56,976 nucleotides of DNA from Candidatus Staskawiczbacteria bacterium RIFOXYB1_FULL_38_37 (GCA_001822075.1 MHPK01000006.1:1-56976), one strand, 5' to 3'. Positions 10,204-20,840 are shown, counted from the stretch's first letter. Notes: a model not told the origin generated them from the letters alone. Numbers and translations are program-made.

Positions 10204-11812
10204 AAAGTTTTTGGGGCACCCGGCCTTCCAGTAAAACAGCATCGCCCTTGGTGCAAAACAACGTAATCTGGGAATAAATGTCGTTAGGATTTTCTGAAAA
10301 AATTATATTTTTTTCTTTCATTCCGGCTTCAACAGCTCCTTTTTTAATATCTTTAAATTTGTCTTTTGTTGTTATTATGGCAACATCGCAAACCTGGCCG
10401 ATTTTTCTGCCGATTTTTTCGTGAACTTCTGATGACTTTTTGCCAAGCTCTATTAAACACGGCATAATAATAACCTTTTTTTGCGAAAAAATTGAAAGAT
10501 AATCTAAATCTGCCAAAACGCCGTCGGGATTTGCAGAATAAGAAGAATCAATTATATTAATTCCGTGTTTTTCTTGTTTTAATGTTATGCCCGCCTGCTC
10601 TGGTTTTATGTCTTTGCATGCGTTTGAAATTTCTTCGAGGCTCATCCCCAATTCTCTAGCCGCGCAAATCGCGGCTAAAAGATTTTGAACATTTTGCCTT
10701 CCCAAAACATTTGCATCAAAATGAGCCAAATTTTTGCCTCCGTTTTGTAAATTTTCAGCAGCCATAAAAGAAACGAAATCTTTGGAAATCTCAATATTAT
10801 CTGCAAAAATATTTGTTTCAATTTTGTTTTTATTTAGGCTGTAAACTTTTTTATTTTCCGGGCTTAATTTGGCCGTTCTTTTATATAAATCTAAACAATA
10901 TTTATTGTCTCCGTTTACAATAAGCAAGCCGTTTTCTGGCAAACATTCTGCAAGCTCTCTGCCGCCTTCAGCTGACAGCAAATTTTCTAATGAACCAAAT
11001 AGCGAAAGATGCTGTTCGTTAACGCCAGTAACAACACCAATTTCAGGTCTTAATGCAGAACAAACTTCTTTTACTTTGCCTTTATTGTAAGCTCCAACCT
11101 CTGCTATAAAAAATTGGTAGTCTGGCTTTAAATCATTTAAAACACATTTTGCGATGCCGATTTCAGAATTTTGGTGCTCTTTTGTAGACAGCACTCTAAA
11201 TTTATTTGAGAGTATAGTTGCTAAAAATTCTTTTGTCGAGGTTTTTCCATAAGAGCCCGTGATACAAATTACTTTAAGGTCTTTTGATTCTTTTATTTTC
11301 AAAGCGGCTTTTTTCAAAATATTATTCCTCAAAAGCACGAAAAACGGCTGAAAAAAAAGCACAATAAAAGAAACAATTAACGGAAGCAAAATATCAACAG
11401 CTAACAGCCATGCGAGTTCCTGTTTGTCTGATACATATAAATAAAGCCATGCTAAAAACAAGACAAAAGATAAAACAGAAATTGATGTCAAAAATATTGT
11501 TTTTAACGTTATTTTTGGCTTTTTTACGTTTTCAAACGCAAATTGTTTTAAAAATATAAAAGACTCTAAAACGTAAATAAAAAATAAAATTAAAAACCAT
11601 ATTGAAAACAGCTCACTGGCAAAAATAAAGGCCGAAACTAAAATGATTTTAAGCGGAAAAAAATAATTTAAAACGATTTTTTTGCCTTTATATGTTTTGA
11701 AATGATCCAAAAAACGGCCGACATGGTATTCTTTCAGCTGCCAAAGATAAATCCAAAAAAGAAGATATTTTACAGTCCTTATAGACCAAAAAATAGTAAA
11801 AATGAGATACAT
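10187..11812 (-). CDS. Mur ligase (MurF-like) with N-terminal TM region
   Basis: ITGSYGKTSTKE P-loop, IIDSSYSANP, IELG. Confidence 0.75.
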   Translation of the reverse strand: MYLIFTIFWSIRTVKYLLFWIYLWQLKEYHVGRFLDHFKTYKGKKIVLNYFFPLKIILVSAFIFASELFSIWFLILFFIYVLESFIFLKQFAFENVKKPKITLKTIFLTSISVLSFVLFLAWLYLYVSDKQELAWLLAVDILLPLIVSFIVLFFQPFFVLLRNNILKKAALKIKESKDLKVICITGSYGKTSTKEFLATILSNKFRVLSTKEHQNSEIGIAKCVLNDLKPDYQFFIAEVGAYNKGKVKEVCSALRPEIGVVTGVNEQHLSLFGSLENLLSAEGGRELAECLPENGLLIVNGDNKYCLDLYKRTAKLSPENKKVYSLNKNKIETNIFADNIEISKDFVSFMAAENLQNGGKNLAHFDANVLGRQNVQNLLAAICAARELGMSLEEISNACKDIKPEQAGITLKQEKHGINIIDSSYSANPDGVLADLDYLSIFSQKKVIIMPCLIELGKKSSEVHEKIGRKIGQVCDVAIITTKDKFKDIKKGAVEAGMKEKNIIFSENPNDIYSQITLFCTKGDAVLLEGRVPQKLYEQIF

Positions 11813-11839
11813 GTGGATAGGTGCTGGGTTTTTCGCTCA

Positions 11840-12586
11840 CTAAAGCGAGCTTAAAACTTTTTCTGCCAGCAATTCTGGCATTGTTTTGTGCATTAAATGG
11901 TCGGCGCCCTCAATTATTATAAGCTCTGAATTTCTTATTTTTTCATTTATAATTTTCGCATTATCTAAAGGAACAGACTGGTCCTTGTCTCCCCAAATAA
12001 TAACCGTTGGCACTCTTATAAATGACAGATGATGCGACAAATCATCGGCTACCGCGTTCAAATAAGTTTGTTTCATTATGCCCTCTGCATAAACATAATC
12101 TGATTTTCTGATGATAAATTTGTAAATCGCTTTCCTAAAAAATGCGTAGTAAGGCAAAAAATAAAAAAATTTAACAAACTTTGAAATTTTTGCCAAAAAT
12201 CCCTTTTTCGCTGTTTTCTTTCTTATGACGGCTGCTGCCACCAAAAATAATTTTTTAACTCTTTGAGGATATTTTACAGCAATTTTTGCCGCCAATGCCC
12301 CGCCAAAAGAATATCCAAGCAAATAAAATTCTTGTATTTCAAGCAGGCGGGTAAACTCTTCAAACCAGCTTACGTAATCGTTGATAGTCCACGGCTTTGT
12401 TAATTTTCCGCTTTCTGCAAAACCCGGCAAATCAGGAACTACAACCTGATACCCTTGCTTTGAAATGATTTCTGCTTCTTTTATCCATTTGTCAGATCCA
12501 GAGCCCCACCCATGCAAAATAATAAACGGAGCTCCTTTGCCCATTGCAATATAGTTTGTTTTTACTCCGTTAATTATTATTTCCAT
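11840..12586 (-). CDS. Alpha/beta hydrolase
   Basis: LHGWG, DLPGF, GYSFGG, IWGDKD, ADH. Confidence 0.9.
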   Translation of the reverse strand: MEIIINGVKTNYIAMGKGAPFIILHGWGSGSDKWIKEAEIISKQGYQVVVPDLPGFAESGKLTKPWTINDYVSWFEEFTRLLEIQEFYLLGYSFGGALAAKIAVKYPQRVKKLFLVAAAVIRKKTAKKGFLAKISKFVKFFYFLPYYAFFRKAIYKFIIRKSDYVYAEGIMKQTYLNAVADDLSHHLSFIRVPTVIIWGDKDQSVPLDNAKIINEKIRNSELIIIEGADHLMHKTMPELLAEKVLSSL

Positions 12587-13881
12587 TATTTAATTACTTT
12601 GAATCCGCAATATTTTTGTAGTGCTTTTGGAACCCTTATGCTCCCGTCTTTTTGCTGGTAATTTTCCATTATCATTATTAAAATTCTGCCAATTGCAAAA
12701 GCAGTGCCGTTTAATGTGTGCGCAAAGTTCATTTTTCCTGATTTGTCTTTATAACGTATATTTAATCTTCTTGCCTGAAAATCTGTGCAGTTTGAAGTTG
12801 AATGGGTTTCTCTGTATTTATTTTCCGAAGGAAGCCATGTTTCAATGTCATATTTACAAGCTGCCGGCCTGCCCAAGTCGCCCGTGCATATATTTATTAC
12901 CTGATATGGCAAACCCAAAGCTTTCATTAATTTTTCTTCAATAGATAAAAGCAACTGATGCTCTTTTTTTGAATCTTCTTGTTTTGAAAATATAACCATT
13001 TCCAGTTTATCAAACTGGTGCACTCTTAAAATTCCTTTTGTGTCTTTTCCATAACTGCCGGCTTCCCTTCTAAAACAGGTTGAAAAAGCAACATATCTTT
13101 TGGGTAAATCTTTTTCATTTAAAACTTCGTTAGCATGCATTGCCACCATTGGCTGTTCTGAAGTTCCTGCTAAAAACATTTTGTCTTCTGCCAAATAATA
13201 TGCTTCTTTTTCATCTGTTGCTTCAAAATATCCTGTTCCCCGCGCCATTTCTTCTTTTAACATTACCGGAGGAATTACGGGCACAAATTTCTCTCCTGAC
13301 TGCGCAAGCAGGTTTCTTGCAATATCCATTACCAGATTTATTAAAGCAAATTCAAGCAAGGGCAATTCGTTTTTTAAATATCCAAACCTAGAGCCCGCAA
13401 CCTTTCCTGCTCTTTCTGTATCTATTAAATCTAAATCTTTTCCCAACTGCATATAGTCCTTGGCTGTAAAACTAAATTTTGGTTTTTTGCCGACTTGTCG
13501 CATAATAACATTTTCCGACTCGTTTTTTCCAACCGGCACATCGTCAAAAGGAATGTTTGGCAGCTGCAAAAGCAAAGGGTTTAATTCATTTTCAATTCTT
13601 TCCAGTTCCGGCTCCATTTCTTTTATTTTTCCCTTAATCTCTTTTGCCTGCTCAATAATTGGCTCGTTTTTAAATCCTCCGCCGCCTTCGCCTGTGGGCT
13701 TCGGCGAGCCAAGCCTGCTGATTTTATTTTGCTCGGCTTTCAGATTTTCCATTTCAGTCATCAATTTCCTTTTTTGTTTGTCTAACTCCAAAATTTTATC
13801 TACGTCAACTTTGGTCTGCTTTTTCTCGCAGGCCTCTTTTACTTTATTTGAATTTTCTCTAATAAAATTTACATCAAGCAT
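12586..13881 (-). CDS. serS: Seryl-tRNA synthetase
   Basis: MLD start, GTSEQ, FRREAGSYGKDTKGILRVHQF, HTLNGT. Confidence 0.97.
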   Translation of the reverse strand: MLDVNFIRENSNKVKEACEKKQTKVDVDKILELDKQKRKLMTEMENLKAEQNKISRLGSPKPTGEGGGGFKNEPIIEQAKEIKGKIKEMEPELERIENELNPLLLQLPNIPFDDVPVGKNESENVIMRQVGKKPKFSFTAKDYMQLGKDLDLIDTERAGKVAGSRFGYLKNELPLLEFALINLVMDIARNLLAQSGEKFVPVIPPVMLKEEMARGTGYFEATDEKEAYYLAEDKMFLAGTSEQPMVAMHANEVLNEKDLPKRYVAFSTCFRREAGSYGKDTKGILRVHQFDKLEMVIFSKQEDSKKEHQLLLSIEEKLMKALGLPYQVINICTGDLGRPAACKYDIETWLPSENKYRETHSTSNCTDFQARRLNIRYKDKSGKMNFAHTLNGTAFAIGRILIMIMENYQQKDGSIRVPKALQKYCGFKVIK

Positions 13882-14002
13882 GTTTCTATATTTTATATAA
13901 TTATTTTTTTTCCATTAAAAATAAATACTCACAATGCTTTCCATCATTATTTATCCATTTATTTTTTATAATTATCTGGCTCTATTTTGGGGGTATTTCT
14001 CG

Positions 14003-14146
14003 TTACTCAGTCACTTCTTCTATTTTAATTGCATAAACAAGTTTATCTTTTATCCATTCAATAAAATTATTCAACGCCTGTTCCTCACTATCCGCCTCAA
14101 TCTCCATTTGCTCATTTATTTTGCATTTAATACTATATTCTTTCAT
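14003..14146 (-). CDS. Small 47-aa protein absent from the ORF track, DpnD/PcfM-like motif
   Basis: Manual translation MKEYSIKCKINEQMEIEADSEEQALNNFIEWIKDKLVYAIKIEEVTE; starts 11 bp after the MTase stop. Confidence 0.5.
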   Translation of the reverse strand: MKEYSIKCKINEQMEIEADSEEQALNNFIEWIKDKLVYAIKIEEVTE

Positions 14147-14156
14147 GTGCAAACAG

Positions 14157-14984
14157 TTAAAAATTTAACAACTTAATTTGTTGTTCCTCTAATCTTTTTC
14201 TATTCTTTACAAACTCTAATTTGTATTCTGGTTTAATTTTTCCCTTATTTTCTAATCTGTCTAGAATCATTTTATAATATTTCGGATGTATCTCACAAGA
14301 AATAAAATTTCTTTTTAGCTCTTGGCACCTTACAACCTCAGAGCCACTCCCCCCGAACAACACAAAAACATTGTCACCATCCCTTGTACTTGCTTTTATT
14401 AACATTTCAACCAATGCCAATGGTATTTGGCAAGAATGAAAGGTTTTATCCTTGGAAATATTTTTAACTAAATCAAAATAGAACCAAGAATAAGGCATCC
14501 TTCCAGAATTGCCATCTGCAATTCTTTTTTGTATCCTTTTATCAGTTGGATTTTGATAAGGCAGCGCGATTTGTTCTTTATAAAAACTATTATTTTTTGT
14601 TTTAGTGGCATGTAAAATAACTCTATGGGCAGTAGTAAATTTTTTATCGCTATGACCAATGTTTGAGTTATAAACCCAAACATAATCATTTACTAAAAAG
14701 GCGTTATCATCTAAAAATTTTACTCTTAAATATGCGTTCTGTTTTGGATAATTCATCATAAACAAATTCCCAGTTGGTTTTAAGACTCTCATACATTCTT
14801 TTGTAAGTTTAATATACCAATCAATATACTTATTCCATTCAGCTGTAAATTTTTTACCGGCATAATTTATGCCAACATTATAGTCTGGGTCCCCATAAAC
14901 CATATCAATTGAACTATCTGGCATTCTTTTCAAAACTTGTAGAATGTCCTCGTTAAAAATTTTATTTATAAAATTGTCTATCAT
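14157..14984 (-). CDS. Site-specific DNA methyltransferase (N4-C/N6-A, beta-class order)
   Basis: DPDY catalytic-motif variant near the N-terminus; FGGSGS SAM-binding motif near the C-terminus. Confidence 0.85.
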   Translation of the reverse strand: MIDNFINKIFNEDILQVLKRMPDSSIDMVYGDPDYNVGINYAGKKFTAEWNKYIDWYIKLTKECMRVLKPTGNLFMMNYPKQNAYLRVKFLDDNAFLVNDYVWVYNSNIGHSDKKFTTAHRVILHATKTKNNSFYKEQIALPYQNPTDKRIQKRIADGNSGRMPYSWFYFDLVKNISKDKTFHSCQIPLALVEMLIKASTRDGDNVFVLFGGSGSEVVRCQELKRNFISCEIHPKYYKMILDRLENKGKIKPEYKLEFVKNRKRLEEQQIKLLNF

Positions 14985-15820
14985 TTTCTATTTTGATTTA
15001 TTAAGTTATACCTAACCGACTTTAAAAATTTAATTGAAGTTATATCTTGCGGATTAGTAAAAGTGTAGGCATATAAATTAAGCGCATCAAATCCTTTTTG
15101 TTTTTCCCTGACCACATAAATGCAAACTATTTCTTTTATTTTTATTTTTAATTCTGGTTTTTGTTTCGCTTGCCAATAATAAAGAAAAGGATGATAAATT
15201 TGATATACCGAAAAATTTGTTGGCTTGCCATTTTTCGCCTCAAAAATCCCTATTTTACCATTAAATTCAACGGTTAAATCAATCTCAATTTGGACATTAT
15301 TTAATTTTAGCCCTATATTTTTGCCAAAACTATATTCCAAATTAGCTTTTGTTCTGTGGGGAAAATATGTTTTTGGTCTACTATCAATATCCGAATTATC
15401 AAACTCTTTATCCTGACCAAATAAAAAATGATGTAAAATTCTCTGGTTGTTTGCAACCGATAAAATATTTGATTCGCTAGTATTGTATTGATTTAAAATT
15501 GATTTTCTATATTGCCAATCAATTACTTTTTTTATCGGTTCAAAATTATGATAAATTTTTTCTATGTTTTTGACAAACTGATGCTTTCCGCTTCCCAAAT
15601 GAATAAGAGCAAAATCTTCTTTTTGCAAGGCAATGGGTAATTTTTCTTTAGTATCCAACTTCGTAGCATCAAAATGATTTTGAAAACCAATTCTTTTAGA
15701 AACCGCTTTTACTAAATCGTTATCAAAAATAAAATCATTTTTATTTTTACAAATTTTAAAAATCACCGACAAAACTTTTTTCTTTTTATTTTCTTTTTTA
15801 AAAATCTTTTTTGCAGCCAT
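14981..15820 (-). CDS. Putative type II restriction endonuclease (PD-(D/E)xK), start re-called at MAAKK
   Basis: QIEID...IFEAK motif; 4-bp overlap with the MTase gene. Confidence 0.65.
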   Translation of the reverse strand: MAAKKIFKKENKKKKVLSVIFKICKNKNDFIFDNDLVKAVSKRIGFQNHFDATKLDTKEKLPIALQKEDFALIHLGSGKHQFVKNIEKIYHNFEPIKKVIDWQYRKSILNQYNTSESNILSVANNQRILHHFLFGQDKEFDNSDIDSRPKTYFPHRTKANLEYSFGKNIGLKLNNVQIEIDLTVEFNGKIGIFEAKNGKPTNFSVYQIYHPFLYYWQAKQKPELKIKIKEIVCIYVVREKQKGFDALNLYAYTFTNPQDITSIKFLKSVRYNLINQNRK

Positions 15821-15825
15821 ATTTT

Positions 15826-17322
15826 TTATTGTTTTGGTCTCATTAATGGAAATATTTGGCATTCTCTGCCGGGTTTGTCTATTAAAAATGAAAATAATCT
15901 TTCTGAAACTCCAAATCCGCAAGTTGGAGGCATTCCGTGTTCTAACGCCTCAATAAAATCTTTGTCATATCTTTGCGCCTCCTGGTCGCCCGCATCTCTT
16001 AATTTCTGCTGTTCTTTAAATCTTTCTGCCTGGTCAATTGGGTCATTTAATTCTGAATAACCTTTGCCATTTTCTGAGCCGGCTATAATCACCTGAAAAC
16101 GTTGCACTTTATCAGATTTTTCCCCGCCTGCGCGGGCAGGCATTCTTTTTGCCAAGGGCTCCATAATAATCGGCACATTAATTAAAAATCCTGGGCCTGA
16201 AATATTTTTTCTGCAGTGTTTCCATAAGTTATCAATCGCTCTTGTTTTATTAAAACCTTTTTTATCGTAATCAATGCTTAATTTATTTAACGTTTTTTCT
16301 ATTTCCGGCAAACTGGCTTGGTCAAGATTTATGCCGGTATATTTTGCAATAGTTGACTGATAATCGTATTTTTCCCATTTTTTGCCGAAATCAACATCAA
16401 ATCCCCTGATTTTAAATTTTAATTTGCCAAATGTTTTTTTGGCAATGTATTTATACATCTCCTCAACTAATTTCATTCCCTGTTCATAATCAGCATAAGC
16501 CCAGTAAAATTCCATTTGCGTGTAATCCTGCAAATGTTCTGAATCCATGCCTTCATTTCTGAACTGCCTGCCTATTTCAAATGTTTTTTCAAATCCTGCA
16601 ACCATTAGTTGCTTTTGCCACAACTCGCCCATTGAAATGCGCAAATAAACATCCATATCCAAGGCATTATGATGGGTTTTAAAAGGCCTTGCGTCAGCTC
16701 CGCCCGGAGTTGTTTCTAAAACAGGAGTTTCAACTTCTAAAAATCCTTTTTTCATTAAAAATTCCCGTATAGAATTCCAAAAAATAGCCCGCTTTTTTAC
16801 CATTTCCTTAACTTCCGGATTAAACATAATATCCAAATATCTTTTTCTCAAACATTCTTCAACATCCTGCAATCCGTGCCATTTTTCCGGCAAAGGCAAT
16901 AATGCTTTTGAAAGCATTTTATAATCTTCTGCTTCAATTGTTTTTTCTCCTCTTTTAGTTTTAAATAAAGTTCCTTTTACTTCAACAAAATCTGCAATGT
17001 CAAAAACATCAAGAAAAAACTGGTAGCCTTTTGCGCCTATTTTATCTTCTTTTATAATAACCTGAATTTTACCTGCCTGCGCAGGCAGGTCAGAGCCGTC
17101 GTTAATATCCAAAAAGGTAGCTCCGCCATGGCCTCTTTGCGCCATTATTCTGCCGGCTAAAACTACAGGTTTTTTAGATTTAGATAATTTTGAAAAATCT
17201 TTCAAAACTTCTGCAATTGAATTAGTTCTTTTTGTTTTTGCAGGGTAAGCCAAAAGCCCGGCTGCCTCCAGCTTTTTTAATTTTTCTATTCTAGTTTTTC
17301 TAAGTTCTTCTATAGTTGGCAT
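15826..17322 (-). CDS. lysS: Lysyl-tRNA synthetase (class II)
   Basis: LPEKWHGL, RYLD, GGADARPF, YSELNDP, GMPPTCGFG. Confidence 0.97.
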   Translation of the reverse strand: MPTIEELRKTRIEKLKKLEAAGLLAYPAKTKRTNSIAEVLKDFSKLSKSKKPVVLAGRIMAQRGHGGATFLDINDGSDLPAQAGKIQVIIKEDKIGAKGYQFFLDVFDIADFVEVKGTLFKTKRGEKTIEAEDYKMLSKALLPLPEKWHGLQDVEECLRKRYLDIMFNPEVKEMVKKRAIFWNSIREFLMKKGFLEVETPVLETTPGGADARPFKTHHNALDMDVYLRISMGELWQKQLMVAGFEKTFEIGRQFRNEGMDSEHLQDYTQMEFYWAYADYEQGMKLVEEMYKYIAKKTFGKLKFKIRGFDVDFGKKWEKYDYQSTIAKYTGINLDQASLPEIEKTLNKLSIDYDKKGFNKTRAIDNLWKHCRKNISGPGFLINVPIIMEPLAKRMPARAGGEKSDKVQRFQVIIAGSENGKGYSELNDPIDQAERFKEQQKLRDAGDQEAQRYDKDFIEALEHGMPPTCGFGVSERLFSFLIDKPGRECQIFPLMRPKQ

Positions 17323-17450
17323 GCTTCATAGAACATAAAACATGGAACATAAAACAAACTACGACGTTTTTGTTATGTGTTATGTGTTCTATGTTATGTA
17401 ATTTATTTATCTTATCTTATTTTTTGAAAAGCGTCAAAGCAAATTTCACA

Positions 17451-17491
17451 CAAAAAAAAATGGGCGCTGTGATATTGCTATCACAACGCCC
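17451..17491 (-). terminator. Intrinsic terminator of the PEP-CTERM gene
   Basis: gggcgctgtgata...tatcacaacgccc stem next to an A-run (U-run on the minus strand). Confidence 0.75.
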
Positions 17492-17523
17492 TTGCGCACT
17501 CACTCAGAGCATAAATGCTAATA

Positions 17524-18153
17524 CTAAGCGTGCCGGCGGCGGAGGTAAACCGCGATACTACTCAATGCGAATCCGAGCATCATCACAATGCTCGACGGCT
17601 CGGGCACGGCAAGGAAATCTCCTTGCAGTCCGAATTCCACAGTAAACCGAGTTCTTCCCGACACATACAAGTCGGGATACTCAGTAAGTGTGACCGTCAG
17701 TAAAAAGGCTTGGGCTTTCGGCGACCACACGTCTAGAGAGCCCGAAAAGTCGCTCCAGCCATAGGAATAGGAGTCCGAAACTCCTTCAAAAATCTCCACT
17801 CCATCGTAGTTTGTTGTGCTGGACGACGCCCACGAAGTTTCTGAAGTTGGAATTTCAAGGCCCCTTACCGACAAAGTTGCAGACCAGTGGTCTGGGTCAG
17901 CGGCAGTTGGAGCATTGAAGGTCCAAATTGCATTGTTTACCTGAAAGGGCGTGTGTACATCAAACCATGAGTGGGAAAAATCGTTGCCATCGCCAGCATA
18001 CCGCTGGCTTCCCATGGCAATGTAGAAATTAGGCGGATACATCATGCTGTCCGTGATAGTAGACCCTTCCACCAAATAGTTGGCCGAGGCCTTGCTCGCA
18101 GCTGCAATCACCAGCAACGCCAACACTACTGTCATCGCATTCATCCCTTTCAT
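17524..18153 (-). CDS. PEP-CTERM sorting-domain secreted protein
   Basis: Signal peptide; C-terminal VPEPSS, TM, then RRRH; SD aaggag upstream. Confidence 0.85.
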   Translation of the reverse strand: MKGMNAMTVVLALLVIAAASKASANYLVEGSTITDSMMYPPNFYIAMGSQRYAGDGNDFSHSWFDVHTPFQVNNAIWTFNAPTAADPDHWSATLSVRGLEIPTSETSWASSSTTNYDGVEIFEGVSDSYSYGWSDFSGSLDVWSPKAQAFLLTVTLTEYPDLYVSGRTRFTVEFGLQGDFLAVPEPSSIVMMLGFALSSIAVYLRRRHA

Positions 18154-18296
18154 CTCAACTCTCCTTGTCTTATGGACCTTTTAGGTCCTGTTTTGGAAAA
18201 CGGTAAATTGTTACGTAAATACGCGTTTTGAGCTTCAAAACATAACCTCCTTTCGTTTGTTTGAAGCCCTTTTTGTTAATGTTCACCTATACTATT

Positions 18297-18325
18297 ATCA
18301 TAGCATATTTAAACAACCTTGTCAA
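18297..18325 (-). promoter_or_regulatory. Sigma70-type promoter
   Basis: TTGACA-17 bp-TATGAT with TG extended -10 on the minus strand. Confidence 0.75.
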
Positions 18326-18378
18326 TAGCACAAAAAAACACCCCGCCATTTTAGGACTGGACGTAGCAAAAAATATAA

Positions 18379-20313
18379 CTACTTTTCTGCAAAATACCAG
18401 TTTAAAACTTCTTTTGCCACAGGCAAAGTTACAGCTCCCAGGCCGTTAACTCTTTCTACTGTCATAACTAAAACTATCTGCGGATCTTCGTAGGGGGCAA
18501 AAACAGCTGACCAAACATTAAAGCGGTCTTTATATCCGATTTCAGCAGTGCCTGTTTTTGCTGCCACAGAAAAGGGCAAATCATTTAAATAAGTTGAAAG
18601 CCCATATGGCTGGACAACGCCGTCTCTCATGCCTTCCCTTACAATTTCTAAGTTTTCAGGGTCAATAAAATTGCTTCTTATAACTTCAGGAGAGAATTGC
18701 TTTACCAGTTGAGACGAACCCGGAGAGCCAGAGATTATTTTGTTTACAATTTGTGGCTTGTATAAAGTGCCTCCGTTTGCAATGGCGCAATAGGCTGAAG
18801 CCACCTGCAAAGGAGTTGTCTGCAAGTCAGACTGGCCGATTGAAAGGTTATATGTGTCGCCATCCCACCAGCCCTCGCCTTTCACTCTTTTTTTCCAGTC
18901 TGGGTCTGGAATAAGGCCTGAAAATTCGCTTGGCAAATCAATGCCGGTTTTTTCATTCCAGCCAAAAAGCGACAGATATTCTTTTATTTTTGTGGGGCCC
19001 AAGCCCTTTTGGTCTTCATATCCCCCGCCAATTGTATAAAAATAAATGTTTGACGAAACAGCCAGAGCTTTCTTCATATCAACCCAGCCGTGCGGAGCAA
19101 CCCCCCCATACCTGTAAACAATGCTTGGGTCGTATTGATTAGGAACTAAGATATATCCAGGGTCGTTAATTTGTTTTGTCGGTGAAATTAATTTTTCCTG
19201 CAAGGCAGCTGCGGCCTCAAAAGGCTTTATTGTTGAGCCTGTCGGGTACTGGCCTTGTATTGCGCGGTTAAAAAGTGGCTGGTTAACATCGTTTTGTAAG
19301 TTATCATAATCTTCTTGGGAGATGCCTCCAGAAAATAAGTTATTATCATACGAAGGGTATGAAACAAGCGCCAAAACAGCTCCTGTTTTAGGGTCCATTG
19401 CCACAGCAGCTCCCTTTTTTGCTCCGACATTTTCCAGACTTTTTCCTAAAGCATTATAAATACGTTCTTGCAAACCGGCATCAATGTTTAAAACTAAATT
19501 ATATCCTGGCTCTGGCTCTGATAATATTTCAGTTCCCTGCTCAATGCCCGAGGCTGTTTTAACTTCTTTTTTCTGCCCGGGCGTTCCTCTCAAATAAGTT
19601 TCATAATATCTTTCAAGCCCGGTTTTTCCAATGTAATCGTTAATTGCATATCCCGAAGAGCTTGAATATTCATCTTTGTTTATTCTGCCCGTGTATCCTA
19701 AAACTTGTGAAAAAACAGCGCCTGAAAAATAATTTCTTTCTGTGTTCTGCTGGATTTTGCAGCCTGAAAAATCATTCATCTTTGTTTCTAAAACCAAAAG
19801 GTTTTCGTGGCTTATGTTTTCTGAAACCAAAATTTCAGTTGAACCAGAGTCTATAATTTTTTGTTTAATATATTCAGAAGACATTGCCAAAACTTCGGCT
19901 ATATCATCAATTTCGTTTGAAATTTCCTCAGAAGACATTAAGAATCGCCTTCTGTCGCACACAAAATCAAAAGCCGGAGAATTAGAAACAAGCTTTTCAA
20001 AATTTATATCGTAAATCACTCCTCTTTCGGGTATTATCAACAATGCGCTTCCCTTGTTGTTTTCAGCAGCTGTGTATAATTTTTTGCCCCCGATTATCTG
20101 GAAAAAAAACACCTTTGAAAAAAAGGTTAAAGCCACTAATAAAAAAATTACCAATAAAATATACGGCACTTTTTCTGCCAAGGGCACTTCAAGCTTTTTT
20201 TCAGTAATGCCTAAATTCTCCTCTTCTATTTGGGCAAGCTTATCTAAAAAAACTTCGTGGGTTTCTATGGAACCTGGCAGGCGCTTAATTTTGTATTTGC
20301 TGTAAAAATTCAT
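18379..20313 (-). CDS. mrdA: Penicillin-binding protein 2
   Basis: PERG, STIK, SSN and KTG motifs; downstream of mreCD. Confidence 0.92.
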   Translation of the reverse strand: MNFYSKYKIKRLPGSIETHEVFLDKLAQIEEENLGITEKKLEVPLAEKVPYILLVIFLLVALTFFSKVFFFQIIGGKKLYTAAENNKGSALLIIPERGVIYDINFEKLVSNSPAFDFVCDRRRFLMSSEEISNEIDDIAEVLAMSSEYIKQKIIDSGSTEILVSENISHENLLVLETKMNDFSGCKIQQNTERNYFSGAVFSQVLGYTGRINKDEYSSSSGYAINDYIGKTGLERYYETYLRGTPGQKKEVKTASGIEQGTEILSEPEPGYNLVLNIDAGLQERIYNALGKSLENVGAKKGAAVAMDPKTGAVLALVSYPSYDNNLFSGGISQEDYDNLQNDVNQPLFNRAIQGQYPTGSTIKPFEAAAALQEKLISPTKQINDPGYILVPNQYDPSIVYRYGGVAPHGWVDMKKALAVSSNIYFYTIGGGYEDQKGLGPTKIKEYLSLFGWNEKTGIDLPSEFSGLIPDPDWKKRVKGEGWWDGDTYNLSIGQSDLQTTPLQVASAYCAIANGGTLYKPQIVNKIISGSPGSSQLVKQFSPEVIRSNFIDPENLEIVREGMRDGVVQPYGLSTYLNDLPFSVAAKTGTAEIGYKDRFNVWSAVFAPYEDPQIVLVMTVERVNGLGAVTLPVAKEVLNWYFAEK

Positions 20314-20840
20314 ATAAATCTTATTTGACGGCTGTTGTCTTTTGGCTTTAGATATTTTTTATAAATATAAAACGTTATATTAGCAAAAAACAAACTGTAA
20401 ATTATTTCTGCGAGGAAATTCCATCCAAAAGCCAAATATACAGGTGAAAAAAACGGAAAAAAAGAAAGCAGGCTTACAAATAATTTATACGCAGCAAAGC
20501 AAACCAAAAAAAGCGATGAAAAATGAGTTAAAGGATAGCTGTCTCTTTCTTCTTTGAGGGAGCTCTGGATTTTTTTTGTGAAAACAGCCAAGGCGGCTAA
20601 CAAAATTATTGAAGTTCCCAAATTAAGATAAGAAAAAACATCTAAAAAAAATCCTGCCGTTACAGCATAGAGAATTATGTAAAAATAATTTCTCTTGTCT
20701 TCAAAAAAAACTAGCAGAAAAAAAAGTATGAAAACCGGATTTAAAGAGCCGCCCAAAAAAATGAAATGCGCAAAAAAACTATTTTGCAAAAGCGCAAAAA
20801 AATAAAATAGAATAATTGCAATAAGAGGTTTGGCCCACAT
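20310..20840 (-). CDS. mreD: Rod shape-determining protein MreD-like
   Basis: Polytopic membrane protein with GFFLD, between mreC and mrdA. Confidence 0.7.
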   Translation of the reverse strand: MWAKPLIAIILFYFFALLQNSFFAHFIFLGGSLNPVFILFFLLVFFEDKRNYFYIILYAVTAGFFLDVFSYLNLGTSIILLAALAVFTKKIQSSLKEERDSYPLTHFSSLFLVCFAAYKLFVSLLSFFPFFSPVYLAFGWNFLAEIIYSLFFANITFYIYKKYLKPKDNSRQIRFI

